Shown here piece after piece: positions 27,455 through 35,660 of a DNA stretch of 64,000 nucleotides (position 1 is its first letter; every line of letters begins with the position of its first letter). Below the pieces are notes generated by a model. The model was not told the DNA's origin. It saw nothing but the letters and a program-made list of their open reading frames with translations, and did not search any database. Source of the stretch: Butyricicoccus pullicaecorum (GTDB taxonomy: Bacteria > Bacillota > Clostridia > Oscillospirales > Butyricicoccaceae); the NCBI GenBank assembly GCA_018366035.1, contig JAGZIW010000006.1, forward strand, positions 126,847 through 190,846, read 5' to 3'. The position numbers and the translations under genes were made by a program.

Positions 27455-27613
27455 ATGGCAAAGGAAATGAAGAATCTAAACAAAGAGGCAGAGGAGCAGG
27501 ACGTTCAGGAGCTTGACTTTGACGAATTGGAAGAGGTTACAGGAGGATCTATAAAAGATGTCGTTTATACCCCGACGGTAGATATCAGTCAGGACACGAA
27601 GTTAAAAATCTGA
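27455..27613 (+). CDS. Double-glycine-leader precursor peptide, 52 aa. It is absent from the ORF track because it is under 60 aa.
   Basis: ATG lies 24 nt after the giant-protein stop, with RBS GAAAGG upstream. Translation is MAKEMKNLNKEAEEQDVQELDFDELEEVTGG|SIKDVVYTPTVDISQDTKLKI. The leader fits the GG consensus (L-12, E-8, L-7, V-4, GG). An intrinsic terminator follows directly. Confidence 0.7.
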   Translation: MAKEMKNLNKEAEEQDVQELDFDELEEVTGGSIKDVVYTPTVDISQDTKLKI

Positions 27614-27630
27614 GTTCTGTGAAGTGAAAT

Positions 27631-27668
27631 GTGGAGAGCTGTTTTATAACAGCTCTCCACATTTTTAT
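27631..27668 (+). terminator. Intrinsic terminator ending the exporter/giant-protein/peptide operon.
   Basis: GTGGAGAGCTGTT-ttat-AACAGCTCTCCAC followed by ATTTTTAT. Confidence 0.8.
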
Positions 27669-27840
27669 CTGATGGAGCAACTTTCGCAGGGAAAGCCATG
27701 GAATATCGTGTCTGATAGTTATAGTGTGAAGTTGTCAGAAGTATCCATTATTTTCAGAAAGTCACATGATGCCTTTCTAAAGTTAGATCATTGCCTTCTC
27801 TTCTGTGATATAGTTTTCTTTATAAAATAAATACCGAGGC

Positions 27841-27888
27841 GAAAAACAGAAAAAGAAAACCGCCATTTCTTAACGAAATGACGGTTTT
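27841..27888 (-). terminator. Intrinsic terminator of the tRNA gene.
   Basis: Minus strand reads AAAACCGTCATTTC-gttaa-GAAATGGCGGTTTT followed by a T-rich run. Confidence 0.6.
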
Positions 27889-27890
27889 AA

Positions 27891-27966
<76 letters not shown>

Positions 27967-28006
27967 ATATCTGGTGTTGTGCACCGCTCATGTTTGGTGC
28001 TCCATT

Positions 28007-28035
28007 ATAATATCATATCGACAGGGCGATGTCAA
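28007..28035 (-). promoter_or_regulatory. Sigma-A promoter of the tRNA-fMet gene.
   Basis: Minus strand reads TTGACA -17 nt- TATTAT(AAT), about 40 nt upstream of the tRNA 5' end. Confidence 0.65.
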
Positions 28036-28060
28036 CGCTTTTTTGAAAAAAATTTATTGT

Positions 28061-28107
28061 ACAGTAAAAAATCGAATGGGGCAGACCGGTATGAGAAGGG
28101 TCTGCCC
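28061..28107 (-). terminator. Intrinsic terminator downstream of dacB.
   Basis: Minus strand reads GGGCAGACC-loop-GGTCTGCCC followed by ATTCGATTTTTTAC. Confidence 0.65.
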
Positions 28108-28135
28108 GAAATATGTATTCGAGGATTGAAAGAAA

Positions 28136-29521
28136 TCAGTTATCCTTATGATGCTGGTCGCGTTCATACTGTTCCATACGGGAATACTTTGAACGCATCA
28201 TCTGCTGCCGGCGTATCCGCTTGCGGCGAATACGGATCATATAGAGGGATATATAAAGGATAAACAGGGCAATCAGTACAACCAGAAGCACCTTGAATAT
28301 AGGGGTGCTGAAAAAGTTTTCCAATAGATAGGCGTAGTAGAGTACCTCGGACATGGAAACATCGCTGAGTGCGAGCAGGTCAACCGTACCATAGGTGACT
28401 CCGTCGCGTGACAGGGTCATCGTACCAAGCTTGTCTCCCTTAGTAATGGGGGCGACAATATCCTGTTTGACAGATAATGTTTTTTCGAAGTCCTCCAATG
28501 TCAGATCTTTCGGTACAGTTGCGTCAAGGTCACTGCCTGCTACAAGCATTAAAGAATCTGTCTGTGTAGAAAGCCGGATCGGAACCTCTTCAATTTCGGC
28601 ACCCTCTTCTACAAGCGTTTTGGAGGCATAATTATCGTATGCCCACATAAACAGGCGCTTTGTTTCGGGAAATGAGAGGGGATAGGGATCATTCGGGAGA
28701 CGTTCGCAGCCGAGCATAACAGAAATAAGCTTGGCTTTTTTCTTTTCGGCAGCTGCAACCAGACAGTAGCCTGCCTGTGAGGTATGTCCGGTTTTTACGC
28801 CCTTTGCATAGCCATAAAAATGTGGGTTATTGCGGGATAAAATTAGTTGGTTGGTTGTCAGAATATACAGGTTTTTTCCATTCGGATGCTCGGAAACCTT
28901 GTTGGTCACACTGAGATTTTTCTGTGCAGTATTGGCAATCATGGCAAAAGTTTCGTTTTTCATTGCCTCTTGCGTAATACGGAACAGGTCATGGGCAGTG
29001 GTGTAATGGTTGTCATCATGCAGACCGTTTGGATTGACAAAATGTGTATCCGTACAACCCAGATCGGCCGCACGTGCATTCATTTTTTTTACGAATTCGG
29101 GGATAGAACCGCCAACAAAACGTGCAAGTGTGTTCGCTGCTTCGTTGCCGGAGGGCAGCATGAGACCATAAAGCAAATCAATGACGGGAACTTCTTCTCC
29201 TACTACAAAGCCAGCCATAGAACCGTCGGAGGGGATTCCGTTGAAGTCCTCTTCCAATACTGTGACCTTCTGCTCAAGATCCTGAACATTATCCAGTACA
29301 ATCAGTGCGGTCATGATTTTTGTTGTGGAAGCGGGATATCGGCGTTCCTCCGCATTTTTTTGATAAAGCGGCATTCCGGTGACAGGGTCACCGAGATAAA
29401 CAGCTTCCGCTTGGATCATAGGATCTTCAATCGCCTGTGCGGTGGGAACGAATAAGACGGAAATGCACAGTAGAACGGTCAATAGCACGGCGAAATGTCG
29501 CCGCAGGGCAGGGAAAGTCAT
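28136..29521 (-). CDS. dacB: D-alanyl-D-alanine carboxypeptidase (serine-type, PBP5/DacB-like) with a C-terminal membrane anchor.
   Basis: Signal peptide, then SxxK (ASTTKIMT), SxN (LPSGNEAAN) and KTG (GVKTGHT) motifs, and a C-terminal TM helix. Confidence 0.85.
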   Translation of the reverse strand: MTFPALRRHFAVLLTVLLCISVLFVPTAQAIEDPMIQAEAVYLGDPVTGMPLYQKNAEERRYPASTTKIMTALIVLDNVQDLEQKVTVLEEDFNGIPSDGSMAGFVVGEEVPVIDLLYGLMLPSGNEAANTLARFVGGSIPEFVKKMNARAADLGCTDTHFVNPNGLHDDNHYTTAHDLFRITQEAMKNETFAMIANTAQKNLSVTNKVSEHPNGKNLYILTTNQLILSRNNPHFYGYAKGVKTGHTSQAGYCLVAAAEKKKAKLISVMLGCERLPNDPYPLSFPETKRLFMWAYDNYASKTLVEEGAEIEEVPIRLSTQTDSLMLVAGSDLDATVPKDLTLEDFEKTLSVKQDIVAPITKGDKLGTMTLSRDGVTYGTVDLLALSDVSMSEVLYYAYLLENFFSTPIFKVLLVVLIALFILYISLYMIRIRRKRIRRQQMMRSKYSRMEQYERDQHHKDN

Positions 29522-29778
29522 TCTTCGGGTTCCTCCAGTATAAAGTCCTCATCGGAAAAGTGTCCTCGTATGACGGCGGGTTTGGGTGGAATACGACGCA
29601 GAGGGTCATAGCGGAATGCGCGGCAAGCGTAGCTTGTCGGTACCACGCCGCGTCGGCGGCAGGCAACATGCTCGCCGTCGAGCGGCGCAGAACGGGCGCA
29701 GTAAAGACAGCGTGGCTCGATATCCTGACGGAATAGAAAACGATTTGGTCGCAATGTACACCATACCTCCTTTTGCAC
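29518..29778 (-). CDS. Small Cys-rich hypothetical protein (86 aa) translationally coupled to dacB.
   Basis: ORF with five Cys (CxxC plus three more). Its stop overlaps the dacB ATG (ATGA). No family was recognised. Confidence 0.4.
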   Translation of the reverse strand: MQKEVWCTLRPNRFLFRQDIEPRCLYCARSAPLDGEHVACRRRGVVPTSYACRAFRYDPLRRIPPKPAVIRGHFSDEDFILEEPEE

Positions 29779-29797
29779 GAATGGGTATATATCATTA

Positions 29798-30895
29798 TTA
29801 TAGCGGAATATGATGCTTTTTTCCAGAGAAAATTACACAAAAAAGTGAATATATGAAGAAAATAAATCCGATTGCAGGTTTTCCGGCGGACGATATGGGA
29901 TAGGGAGAAAACGTAGAGATGGAGATGGGAAAAGCTGCCTGACAAAGAATGGTCAAGGCAGCGGCAAGCAAGCCATGCAAAGCCTTCCCGTATAAGACAC
30001 GCCGAATGGACAATCCGTTCATGACCGCTGCCGTTTGACAGAGCACAGAGCAGCCGCCAAATCCCACAAGCATGCTCATCGCCGGAAGCAGTGCGCGGCC
30101 GCAGGACTCCGGAAGAAGCACCAGACCGCTGGTCATTTCCAAAAGACCGGTGAGCAGCGGTGCAGCGGCTGCTTCCGGTGCCCCAAGGAACCAAAGAAGG
30201 GGTGCACAGAGAATCGGTGCCAGCGCAAATACACCAGCGGCTTCCAATACATGGCGAAGCATGGAAAAAAGCATGATGAATACGGTGATTTTGAGACAGG
30301 AGCGTCCAGCTTGTTCAGCAGATGCAACAAGGCTTGCAGAGAAAGATACATTGGCTGGCAAGCTTCGTTGGGGAGATTTTTGGTATTGTGCCGTGTGGTG
30401 AGGAAGCAGAAGTCCGGTCAAGAGTGCGGTCACAATATGGATTCCATATAAAAATAAGCCGATTTTGATAGAGCCGCATAGTCCGGCTCCGCATACGCCG
30501 ATGAGAAATGCTGGTCCTGTATTGTTACAAAAACCGAGCAGCTGCTCGGTCTCTGTGCGGGATAATGTACCAGACTGATAAAGTTCGTATGCTGCCTGCG
30601 CACCGATTGGGTAACCGCCAATCAGCCCAAGCAGCAAGGGACCGGCAGACTCACCGGACAATCCGTATAGGCGGCGCAGCAGCGGTGCACACCAGTTTCC
30701 CAGTTTTCGTACAGCGCCCGTGCGAATGAGCAGACCACTCAAAACAAAAAAAGGAAACAAAGATGGAATTGCCGTAGAATATGCGATTTTAAGACCTTCC
30801 TGCACCCCCTGTGCAGCAGCACTGGCATGGGGAAGAACCAAAAAAAAGAATGCACAGGAAAAAATAATGGCAGAATAAGAAAGCAATGTGCGCAT
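29798..30895 (-). CDS. ylbJ: Sporulation integral membrane protein YlbJ (nucleoside-recognition/Gate-domain family).
   Basis: Start ATG(MRTLLSYS). A polytopic membrane protein with two Gate-like halves (GLIGGYPIGAQ…, LLEMTSG…). Confidence 0.65.
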   Translation of the reverse strand: MRTLLSYSAIIFSCAFFFLVLPHASAAAQGVQEGLKIAYSTAIPSLFPFFVLSGLLIRTGAVRKLGNWCAPLLRRLYGLSGESAGPLLLGLIGGYPIGAQAAYELYQSGTLSRTETEQLLGFCNNTGPAFLIGVCGAGLCGSIKIGLFLYGIHIVTALLTGLLLPHHTAQYQKSPQRSLPANVSFSASLVASAEQAGRSCLKITVFIMLFSMLRHVLEAAGVFALAPILCAPLLWFLGAPEAAAAPLLTGLLEMTSGLVLLPESCGRALLPAMSMLVGFGGCSVLCQTAAVMNGLSIRRVLYGKALHGLLAAALTILCQAAFPISISTFSPYPISSAGKPAIGFIFFIYSLFCVIFSGKKHHIPL

Positions 30896-31004
30896 AAGAA
30901 GTCCCCCTTGGCAGTACATAGAAAAATTCAGCTTTGTCCATCGTATGCAGTGCGGTCTAGTTTCATGCTGGGAGTGCATAGACTGTGAGGTGGAAGGGAG
31001 GTGC

Positions 31005-31262
31005 ATGCGGATGGGACTGCTGGAATGGAGCGAGCGGGTTGGTCGTGTGGTACAGGGCAGACCACGGCTTGAGGTCGAGAATGGCCGTCTGGTCATTGAA
31101 CAGCACAAAAGTATGCGTGCATACAGCAGTACATGTATCCGGGTGGACTGCCCGGGCGGTGAGGTGTGTATTGAAGGAGAACAGCTGACGCTGGAGGCAC
31201 TTTCAAGGGCAGAACTGTCGATTCAGGGGACGATAATAAGCGTAACATGGAAGGACAGGTGA
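31005..31262 (+). CDS. yqfC: YabP-family sporulation protein (YqfC-like).
   Basis: RBS GGAGGTG. About 86 aa (…LEVENGRLVIEQHKSMRAYSSTCIRVD…LSIQGTIISVTW) with the YabP/YqfC fold signature. It lies immediately upstream of yqfD. Confidence 0.7.
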   Translation: MRMGLLEWSERVGRVVQGRPRLEVENGRLVIEQHKSMRAYSSTCIRVDCPGGEVCIEGEQLTLEALSRAELSIQGTIISVTWKDR

Positions 31263-31268
31263 TATAAG

Positions 31269-32492
31269 ATGCTGGGACGGCTGCTTATGTGGTCAGCGGG
31301 AAGGATAAAGATTAGAGTGCAGGGGGCGTCAACAGAGCGCTTCTTGAATGTGTGCCTGCGCGGGGAAATCGAACTATGGAATGTGGTACGCATAGATGCA
31401 CGTACTTTGACAGCCACGCTGTCCTTACAGGATTTCTATCGGCTGCGCAGCTTTATGGGACGTACTGGCTGTCGTGTACATGTTATCAAAAAATCTGGGC
31501 TGCCATTTTGGGGCAAGTGGCTGAAAATGCGCCCGCTGCTTGTGGGAGGCACCGTGGGGCTGCTTGGGCTTATGGTAATGCTGAGCCAATTTCTGTGGGT
31601 GCTGGAGATTGATGCAGCGCCGGGGGTACCTGTGGCAAAGCTGCGGCATATCCTGCGCGAATCTGGTATTTATGAAGGGGCATATTTGCAGAACATTGAG
31701 ACAGATGTTGCCAGACGTGCCATTCAGACCGAGATTCCAGAGGCTGGTGTGATTACCATAACCAAAATCGGCAATGCAATTCGGATCTCTGTACAGGAGG
31801 CTGTACCCACCCCGAAAAAGCTCGACCGCGCCGCACCGACGGGACTTGTAGCAGAGCGGGCTGGTGTAATCAGCAAAGCAACAATTACCGGAGGAGACCT
31901 TTTGGTAAAGCCCGGAGATGCGGTGGAAACCGGAACCCTGTTGGTTTCCTCAGCGGTGCCAAACACGACTGAATGGGGGGTGCCGCATCGCACACATAGC
32001 ATGGGGCGTGTCATGGCATACACCAGCCGTACAGCAGAATTTTTGCTCCCTTTAACTTGGATACAGGAGACTCCAACGGACAAGGTCCGAACACAATATG
32101 CTTTGGTTTTTGGTGATCGCCGCATAAATTTATATTTAGGGAGTGGTATTACAGCGGGGAGTTGTGATAAAATAATAGAAAAAACAAGGCTTTCGATTGG
32201 CAGTCGTCTGATGCTGCCCATCTCGCTTGTTCGGCAGACCTATCAGGTTCAAGATGCCGCCCTGATAACCGGAGATGCACAAAAAGTGGGAGAGGCAGCG
32301 GCAAAGCGCTTTTTAGATGAACTGGCGCAGACACTAGATGGAAAAATTCTGGAAAGCAGCTGGCAGGCGGAAGAAGTGAATGGTGCAGTACGCGTGCGTG
32401 TGACGGCGGCTTGTGAAGAACAGATTGCAGCCGAGATGATCGATTACACGCCGCTTCCTGAAAAACCAGAGCCGAAAAATGAGGATTCATAA
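31269..32492 (+). CDS. yqfD: Sporulation protein YqfD (stage IV).
   Basis: A 407-aa protein with an N-terminal YqfD-domain (IKIRVQGASTERFLNVCLRGEIELWNV) and a central TM segment. Confidence 0.75.
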   Translation: MLGRLLMWSAGRIKIRVQGASTERFLNVCLRGEIELWNVVRIDARTLTATLSLQDFYRLRSFMGRTGCRVHVIKKSGLPFWGKWLKMRPLLVGGTVGLLGLMVMLSQFLWVLEIDAAPGVPVAKLRHILRESGIYEGAYLQNIETDVARRAIQTEIPEAGVITITKIGNAIRISVQEAVPTPKKLDRAAPTGLVAERAGVISKATITGGDLLVKPGDAVETGTLLVSSAVPNTTEWGVPHRTHSMGRVMAYTSRTAEFLLPLTWIQETPTDKVRTQYALVFGDRRINLYLGSGITAGSCDKIIEKTRLSIGSRLMLPISLVRQTYQVQDAALITGDAQKVGEAAAKRFLDELAQTLDGKILESSWQAEEVNGAVRVRVTAACEEQIAAEMIDYTPLPEKPEPKNEDS

Positions 32493-32515
32493 GCCTTGCA
32501 AGGTTTTAGAAAGGC

Positions 32516-33583
32516 ATGACAAATATTATGATAGAAAAAACCATGCAAATGGAACAGGTTGATTTGATGATTGCCGTTTTTGGGGCATTCGATGAGAATA
32601 TTAAGCTCATTGAACGCGAACTTGGGGTGTCGATCGTCAGCCGAGAAACCGAACTGAAGATTTCAGGTGAGCCGCAGGCGGCAGAGACTGCGGAGCGGGT
32701 TCTGATTGCCCTTTTGGAGATGGCACGCCGCGGAGATGCGGTTGGTACGCAAAGCGTTCAATATGTCATTGGATTAGCACGGGAGGGACGAGAACATGAG
32801 GTGCACGCGATGGGGCGTGATGTGCTGGTCATTACTGCGAAGGGAAAGCCGGTGAAAGCCAAGACGCTGGGACAGAAAAAATATATGGAGGCAATTCGCA
32901 ATCATACGGTGACTATGGGGATTGGTCCGGCAGGTACCGGAAAAACCTATCTCGCAGTAGCGGCGGCGGTTGCAGCGTTTCGGGATAAGCAGGTATCCCG
33001 TATCATTTTGACGCGTCCGGCAGTTGAGGCTGGAGAGAAGCTTGGATTTTTGCCCGGGGATTTACAGAGTAAGGTCGATCCCTATCTGCGTCCTTTGTAT
33101 GATGGGCTGTTTGACATGATGGGTGCGGAAACCTTTCAGAAACATATGGAAAAAGGCTCCATCGAGGTAGCGCCGCTTGCGTATATGCGCGGACGTACCT
33201 TGGACGATTCCTTTATCATTTTGGACGAGGCGCAGAACACCACACCGGAACAGATGAAAATGTTTTTGACCCGTATTGGGTTTGGCTCCAAGGCGGTGAT
33301 TACAGGCGATATCACACAGATCGATCTGCCCGATGGAAAAATTTCCGGACTGAGAGAGGCTTGCCGCGTACTGGAAAATGTTGAGGATATTGCGCAGTGC
33401 TATCTGACAGATAAAGATGTTGTGCGGCATGAGCTGGTACAGAGGATTGTTAAGGCGTATGCAGACTATGAAAGCCGTAAAAAGCCGCGTGAGCGGGAGC
33501 AGCCCACTATGCGCCGTAAGCAAAGCATGCAGCAGGACGGTACGCCGCGCACATTCAGACGTCGATTGGAGGGAAGAAGATGA
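32516..33583 (+). CDS. phoH: PhoH-family ATPase (YbeZ-like).
   Basis: Walker A GIGPAGTGKTYLA and the PhoH C-terminal domain. The start may be one of the internal Met a few codons downstream. Confidence 0.85.
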   Translation: MTNIMIEKTMQMEQVDLMIAVFGAFDENIKLIERELGVSIVSRETELKISGEPQAAETAERVLIALLEMARRGDAVGTQSVQYVIGLAREGREHEVHAMGRDVLVITAKGKPVKAKTLGQKKYMEAIRNHTVTMGIGPAGTGKTYLAVAAAVAAFRDKQVSRIILTRPAVEAGEKLGFLPGDLQSKVDPYLRPLYDGLFDMMGAETFQKHMEKGSIEVAPLAYMRGRTLDDSFIILDEAQNTTPEQMKMFLTRIGFGSKAVITGDITQIDLPDGKISGLREACRVLENVEDIAQCYLTDKDVVRHELVQRIVKAYADYESRKKPREREQPTMRRKQSMQQDGTPRTFRRRLEGRR

Positions 33584-34074
33584 GTCATCGAATCCGTGTA
33601 ACGACAGAGGTAGATTTGCCGCGTGAAGCAGAAGTGTGTGCGCTCATCACCTCTTGTGCAGAGCAGGTGCTTTTGCAGGAGGATATTGACTTTGATGCGT
33701 TCATTGATGTCACAATTGTCGTTGGAGAAACCATTCGGCAGATGAATGCGGAATATCGGGACAAAGATGCGGTGACAGATGTTCTTTCTTTTCCCATGTA
33801 TGCGTTTTATAACGGAGAAGCACAGGAACCGCTGGACGATGATCCGGAGACCCACTGTGTGATGCTGGGTGATATGATCTTAAATTATGACCGTGCTTGT
33901 GAACAGGCAGCAGATTTTGGTCATTCTGCGGAACGTGAGTGCGGATTTTTGACAGTACATTCAGTTTTACATTTGCTCGGATATGACCACGAGCGGGACG
34001 AAGCAGACCGTCTGCTCATGCGCAAAAAGGAAGAAGAAAATCTCGCTGCACTGGGTTTGGTACGCAAGGTATGA
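33580..34074 (+). CDS. ybeY: rRNA maturation RNase YbeY.
   Basis: Metal-binding motif HSVLHLLGYDHE. It is coupled to phoH by an ATGA overlap. Confidence 0.9.
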   Translation: MSHRIRVTTEVDLPREAEVCALITSCAEQVLLQEDIDFDAFIDVTIVVGETIRQMNAEYRDKDAVTDVLSFPMYAFYNGEAQEPLDDDPETHCVMLGDMILNYDRACEQAADFGHSAERECGFLTVHSVLHLLGYDHERDEADRLLMRKKEEENLAALGLVRKV

Positions 34075-34535
34075 TGGGGCATGAAATTCGAAAGCTGCGC
34101 CAAAGCTTTCAATATGCCATTCGCGGGATCGGTCTTTGCATGGCAAGCGAACGAAATTTTCGGATACACCTGACTGCGGCAGGATATGTAACAATTTTTG
34201 CATTTTTAGGCAGGTTATCATCGGTACAATGTGCAGTGCTGGCACTGTGCTTTGGGGTGATGATGGGTGCTGAGCTTATGAATACAGCAATCGAATATCT
34301 GTGCGATTGGAAAGCGGCCGGATACGACCGCACCGTGCGCGATGCCAAGGATATTGCGGCGGCCGCTGTGTTCGTGTGTGCAGTTTCGTGTACGATTATT
34401 GGATTGCTGTTCTTTCTCCCTGTCCTGCCGTTTGTTTTGAGACAGCTGCGGGCACATGTTTTTTTGTTGACAGCACTTGTGATATCAGTGCCCTGTGCTG
34501 TCTGGTTTATTTTTGCATTTGGAAGGAAAAGATAA
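34071..34535 (+). CDS. dgkA: Diacylglycerol kinase/undecaprenol kinase (DgkA family).
   Basis: A three-TM small kinase (RNFRIHLTAAG…MGAELMNTAIE). Confidence 0.8.
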   Translation: MMGHEIRKLRQSFQYAIRGIGLCMASERNFRIHLTAAGYVTIFAFLGRLSSVQCAVLALCFGVMMGAELMNTAIEYLCDWKAAGYDRTVRDAKDIAAAAVFVCAVSCTIIGLLFFLPVLPFVLRQLRAHVFLLTALVISVPCAVWFIFAFGRKR

Positions 34536-35429
34536 ATGAAAATTACAAAAACTGCGATTATTTCGATGGTCGGTAGACCGAATGTGGGAAAATCTACGCT
34601 GACCAATAAGCTGGTTGGGCGCAAGGTTGCAATCGTATCGGATAAACCGCAAACGACCCGTACACGGATCACGGGCTTGCTCAACCGTGACTGCTGTCAG
34701 TATGTATTTCTGGATACGCCGGGGCTGCATAAGCCGCGTTCTCGGCTGGGAGATTACATGGTCAAGGTGGTTGCGGATACGGTGTCTGAGGTTGACGCTG
34801 CGGCGCTGATCGTAGAGCCGGTTGCCAATATCGGTGCACCAGAGGAAAATCTGATTGCACAAATCAAGGCTTCTAATATTCCGGCTATCCTTGTCATCAA
34901 CAAAATCGATACCGTAAAGCATGAAGATTTGCTTGCTGTGATTGCGGCATATGCCGCACAGCACGAATTTGCAGCCATTGTTCCCGTCTGTGCCCGTACA
35001 GGTGAAGGGCTGGACGATTTGCTTTGTGAGTTTGAAAAATTTGCACTGGAAGGACCACAGCTGTTCCCAGAGGATATGATTTCAGATCAGCCGGAAAAGC
35101 AGATGGCGGCAGAGATCATTCGCGAAAAAATGCTGCGGCTGCTGGATCGGGAGGTCCCGCATGGAGTCGCGGTTGGTATTGAGAAGATGGAAAAGCGCGA
35201 AAATGGTGTTACTGCTATTTATGCAACCATTTACTGCGAAAAAGCCAGTCATAAAGGCATTATCATTGGTAAGAATGGTGTCATGCTCAAGCGCATCGGT
35301 GAGTATGCGCGCCGTGATCTCGAACGTGAGTTTGACAGCAAGGTTTATCTGGATCTGTGGATAAAGGTCAAGGAGGACTGGCGCAACAACCAGTATCAGA
35401 TGCGTAATTTTGGATATCAGGACGAATAA
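34536..35429 (+). CDS. era: GTPase Era.
   Basis: G1 motif GRPNVGKSTL, G3 motif DTPG and a C-terminal KH domain. Confidence 0.92.
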   Translation: MKITKTAIISMVGRPNVGKSTLTNKLVGRKVAIVSDKPQTTRTRITGLLNRDCCQYVFLDTPGLHKPRSRLGDYMVKVVADTVSEVDAAALIVEPVANIGAPEENLIAQIKASNIPAILVINKIDTVKHEDLLAVIAAYAAQHEFAAIVPVCARTGEGLDDLLCEFEKFALEGPQLFPEDMISDQPEKQMAAEIIREKMLRLLDREVPHGVAVGIEKMEKRENGVTAIYATIYCEKASHKGIIIGKNGVMLKRIGEYARRDLEREFDSKVYLDLWIKVKEDWRNNQYQMRNFGYQDE

Positions 35430-35516
35430 GAGCCTGAGATAGACATAGAATGCAGGATTTGCCAACATTATGTCGGATTCTTTGGGGAAGACTAAGCCTT
35501 GAAAGGAGCGATTCTA

Positions 35517-35660
35517 ATGGACGTACAAGCATTCTGGGATCGATTTATCCACACAGGAGAGCCGGCGGCATATTTACTATATCGCGGGCTGGTACAGGAC
35601 AAAGAGGAGCGATATGGAGCATCTAACGCTCAAGGGTCTGGTCATTCGGGAAAATGATTT
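35517..35660 (+). CDS. YqzL-family small protein (47 aa), not in the ORF track.
   Basis: RBS GAAAGGAG lies 7 nt before the ATG. Translation is MDVQAFWDRFIHTGEPAAYLLYRGLVQDKEE…. It occupies the same era–recO position as yqzL in Bacillus. It overlaps the recO start in another frame. Confidence 0.45.

Noticed and set aside
27455-27613. A lanthipeptide or other modified RiPP cluster.
   Set aside because: No LanB, LanC, LanM, YcaO, radical-SAM, ATP-grasp or prenyltransferase genes lie within 25 kb, and the core peptide has no Cys.
27624-27830. A 68-aa plus-strand ORF after the peptide gene.
   Set aside because: It overlaps the intrinsic terminator, has no RBS and yields a nonsense-like translation.
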